Origin: Burkholderia diffusa
GTDB lineage: Bacteria; Pseudomonadota; Gammaproteobacteria; Burkholderiales; Burkholderiaceae
Direction of reading: 5' to 3'
Length of the DNA stretch: 32,000 nt
Assembly (NCBI RefSeq): GCF_902499115.1
Contig: NZ_CABVPN010000001.1
Location: forward strand, 261,866-293,865
In this document: in pieces, positions 29,905 through 32,000 of the stretch
How positions within the stretch are numbered: position 1 is the stretch's first letter
How the letters are laid out: every line of letters starts with the position of its first letter
The notes under the pieces: generated by a model
What the model was told of the DNA's origin: nothing
The model's database searches: none
What the model saw: the letters and a program-made list of their open reading frames with translations, nothing else
Program-made: the position numbers and the translations under genes

Positions 29905-31471
29905 AGTCGTCGATCTGTCACGTCTGCAGTTCGGCATCACGGCGCTCTACCACTTCCTGTTCGTGCCGCTGACGCTCGGCCTGTCCTGGCTGCTCGTCAT
30001 CATGGAAGCCGTCTACGTGATGACCGGCAAACAGGTCTACAAGGACATGACCCAGTTCTGGGGCAAGTTGTTCGGGATCAACTTCGCGATGGGCGTGACG
30101 ACCGGCATCACGCTCGAATTCCAGTTCGGCACGAACTGGTCGTACTACTCGCACTACGTCGGCGACATCTTCGGCGTGCCGCTCGCGGTCGAAGGGCTGA
30201 TGGCGTTCTTCCTCGAATCGACGTTCGTCGGCCTGTTCTTCTTCGGCTGGAACCGCCTGTCGAAGGTCAAGCACCTGATGGTCACGTTCCTCGTCGCGCT
30301 GGGCTCGAACCTGTCCGCACTGTGGATCCTCGTCGCGAACGGCTGGATGAACAACCCGGTCGGCGCCGAGTTCAACTATCAGACGATGCGCATGGAGCTG
30401 ACGAACCTGTTCGACGTGCTGTTCAACCCGGTCGCGCAGGTGAAATTCGTGCACACGGTGTCGGCCGGCTACGTGACGGCTGCGATGTTCGTGCTCGGCA
30501 TCTCGTCGTGGTACCTGCTGAAAAAGCGCGACACCGATTTCGCGCTGCGCTCGTTCGCGGTCGCGGCCGGCTTCGGCCTCGCGTCGACGCTTTGCGTGAT
30601 CGTGCTCGGCGACGAGTCGGGCTACACGACCGGCGAAGTGCAGAAGATGAAGCTCGCCGCGATCGAGTCCGAATGGGAAACGCAGCCGGCACCCGCATCG
30701 TTCACGCTGATCGGCCTTCCGAACCAGGAAGAACAGCGTACCGACTACGCAATCAAGATTCCGTACGCGCTCGGCCTGATCGCGACGCGCTCGGTCGACG
30801 AACCCGTGGTCGGCCTGCGCGAACTCGCGAAGCACAGCGAGGAGCACATCCAGAGCGGGATGGTCGCGTACGGCGCGCTGCAGAAGATGAAGGAAGGCGA
30901 CACGAGCGCGGCCACGCGCGAACTGTTCGACCAGCACAAGCAGTATCTCGGCTACGGGCTGATGCTCAAGCAGTTCACGCCGAACGTGGTCGATGCGACG
31001 CCCGAGCAGATCAAAGCCGCCGCGAAGAAGACGATCCCGCCGGTCGCGCCCGTGTTCTTCTCGTTCCGGATCATGGTGTTCCTCGGTTTCCTGTTCCTCG
31101 CGACCTTCGTCGCCGCGTTCTGGTTCTGCGCGCGCCGCCAGCTGCTGCAGGACAACCGCCGCTGGTTCCTGCGCTATGCGGTGTGGGCGATTCCGCTGCC
31201 GTGGCTCGCCGCGGAATTCGGCTGGGTCGTCGCCGAGCTCGGCCGCCAGCCCTGGACGATCGCGGGCATCCTGCCGACGCATCTGTCCGCGTCGAGCCTC
31301 ACGCCCTCGGACCTGTACCTGAGCCTCGCCGGTTTCATCGCGTTCTACACGGCGCTGTTCATCATCGAGATCAAACTGATGTTCAAGTACGCACGCCTCG
31401 GCCCGTCGTCGCTGCATACCGGCCGCTATCACCACGAACTCGCCGCGGCCAGCGAGCGCGCTCCGGCCTGA
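29891..31471 (+). CDS. cydA: Cytochrome bd ubiquinol oxidase subunit I
   Basis: 526 aa. [31 protein letters not shown] (Q-loop region), ELGRQPW. Confidence 0.95.
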   Translation: MISSEVVDLSRLQFGITALYHFLFVPLTLGLSWLLVIMEAVYVMTGKQVYKDMTQFWGKLFGINFAMGVTTGITLEFQFGTNWSYYSHYVGDIFGVPLAVEGLMAFFLESTFVGLFFFGWNRLSKVKHLMVTFLVALGSNLSALWILVANGWMNNPVGAEFNYQTMRMELTNLFDVLFNPVAQVKFVHTVSAGYVTAAMFVLGISSWYLLKKRDTDFALRSFAVAAGFGLASTLCVIVLGDESGYTTGEVQKMKLAAIESEWETQPAPASFTLIGLPNQEEQRTDYAIKIPYALGLIATRSVDEPVVGLRELAKHSEEHIQSGMVAYGALQKMKEGDTSAATRELFDQHKQYLGYGLMLKQFTPNVVDATPEQIKAAAKKTIPPVAPVFFSFRIMVFLGFLFLATFVAAFWFCARRQLLQDNRRWFLRYAVWAIPLPWLAAEFGWVVAELGRQPWTIAGILPTHLSASSLTPSDLYLSLAGFIAFYTALFIIEIKLMFKYARLGPSSLHTGRYHHELAAASERAPA

Positions 31472-31502
31472 GCACGCACCTGAAACGGAACAAGGAATCG
31501 CT

Positions 31503-32000
31503 ATGGACTATGCAACTCTCAAGCTGATCTGGTGGCTGCTCGTCGGCGTGCTGCTGATCGGCTTCGCCGTCACCGACGGCTTCGACATGGGCGCGACCGC
31601 GCTGCTGCCGTTCCTCGGCAAGACCGACGAGGAGCGCCGCATCATCGTCAACACGGTCGGCGCGACGTGGGAAGGCAACCAGGTGTGGCTGATCACGGCC
31701 GGCGGCGCGATGTTCGCCGCCTGGCCGCTCGTCTATGCCGCGTCGTTCTCCGGCTTCTACTTCGCAATGCTGCTCGTGCTGTTCGCGCTGTTCTTCCGGC
31801 CGGTCGGCTTCGACTATCGCAGCAAGCGGCCCGACCCGCGCTGGCGCGCGGGCTGGGACTGGGGCCTGTTCGTCGGCGGCTTCGTGCCGGCGCTGGTGTT
31901 CGGCGTCGCGTTCGGCAACCTCCTGCAGGGCGTGCCGTTCAAGTTCGACAGCGACCTGCGCGTAACCTACTACGGCGGCTTCTGGGCGTTGCTGAACCCG
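31503..32000 (+). CDS. cydB: Cytochrome bd ubiquinol oxidase subunit II (3' end outside window)
   Basis: ATG at 31503. [31 protein letters not shown]...WEGNQVWLI. Open to the end of the window. Confidence 0.9.
   Translation, partial: MDYATLKLIWWLLVGVLLIGFAVTDGFDMGATALLPFLGKTDEERRIIVNTVGATWEGNQVWLITAGGAMFAAWPLVYAASFSGFYFAMLLVLFALFFRPVGFDYRSKRPDPRWRAGWDWGLFVGGFVPALVFGVAFGNLLQGVPFKFDSDLRVTYYGGFWALLNP

Overview
High-GC (Burkholderia-like, inferred from composition and gene order) chromosomal backbone interrupted by a ~13.6-kb, visibly lower-GC genomic island at about 6614-20252. Left backbone: TPR protein, lolB, ispE, tRNA-Gln, prs, rplY, pth, a hisC-like aminotransferase and a yfhL-type ferredoxin. 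Right backbone: coaD, rsmD, ftsY, maiA, a ybiB-like gene, leuA, an NTF2-like gene, a PagL-like gene, rpoH and cydP-like/cydA/cydB. The island sits inside the 5' end of the ferredoxin gene. It is bounded by an exact 28-bp direct repeat and has a tyrosine integrase at its right end. It replaces the ferredoxin N-terminus and promoter, leaving an 11-codon native stub at the right junction. It carries two recognisable anti-phage signalling systems side by side. One is a Pycsar-type pair: a cNMP-binding/TIR-like effector joined by an ATGA overlap to a class III nucleotidyl cyclase. The other is a type II Thoeris-type pair: TIR ThsB plus 2TM-Macro ThsA. The least explained part is the island's architecture. 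Six copies of a short palindrome (TGTCGG-N4/5-CCGACA) lie in intergenic gaps and divide the island into cassettes. Two pairs extend into ~45-63-bp direct repeats; one pair brackets the Thoeris cassette. The other brackets a small operon encoding a FimB/E-sized, catalytic-domain-only tyrosine recombinase, an 80-aa protein and a Cys-rich zinc-ribbon protein. An HUH-motif Rep-like gene lies next to it. I flag this as a possible cassette-exchange or phase-variation mechanism for defence genes. Several island cassettes encode proteins I cannot assign, including a soluble 302-aa protein adjacent to a multi-TM protein; these are candidate new defence modules. All family calls come from motif recognition by eye, with no searches run.
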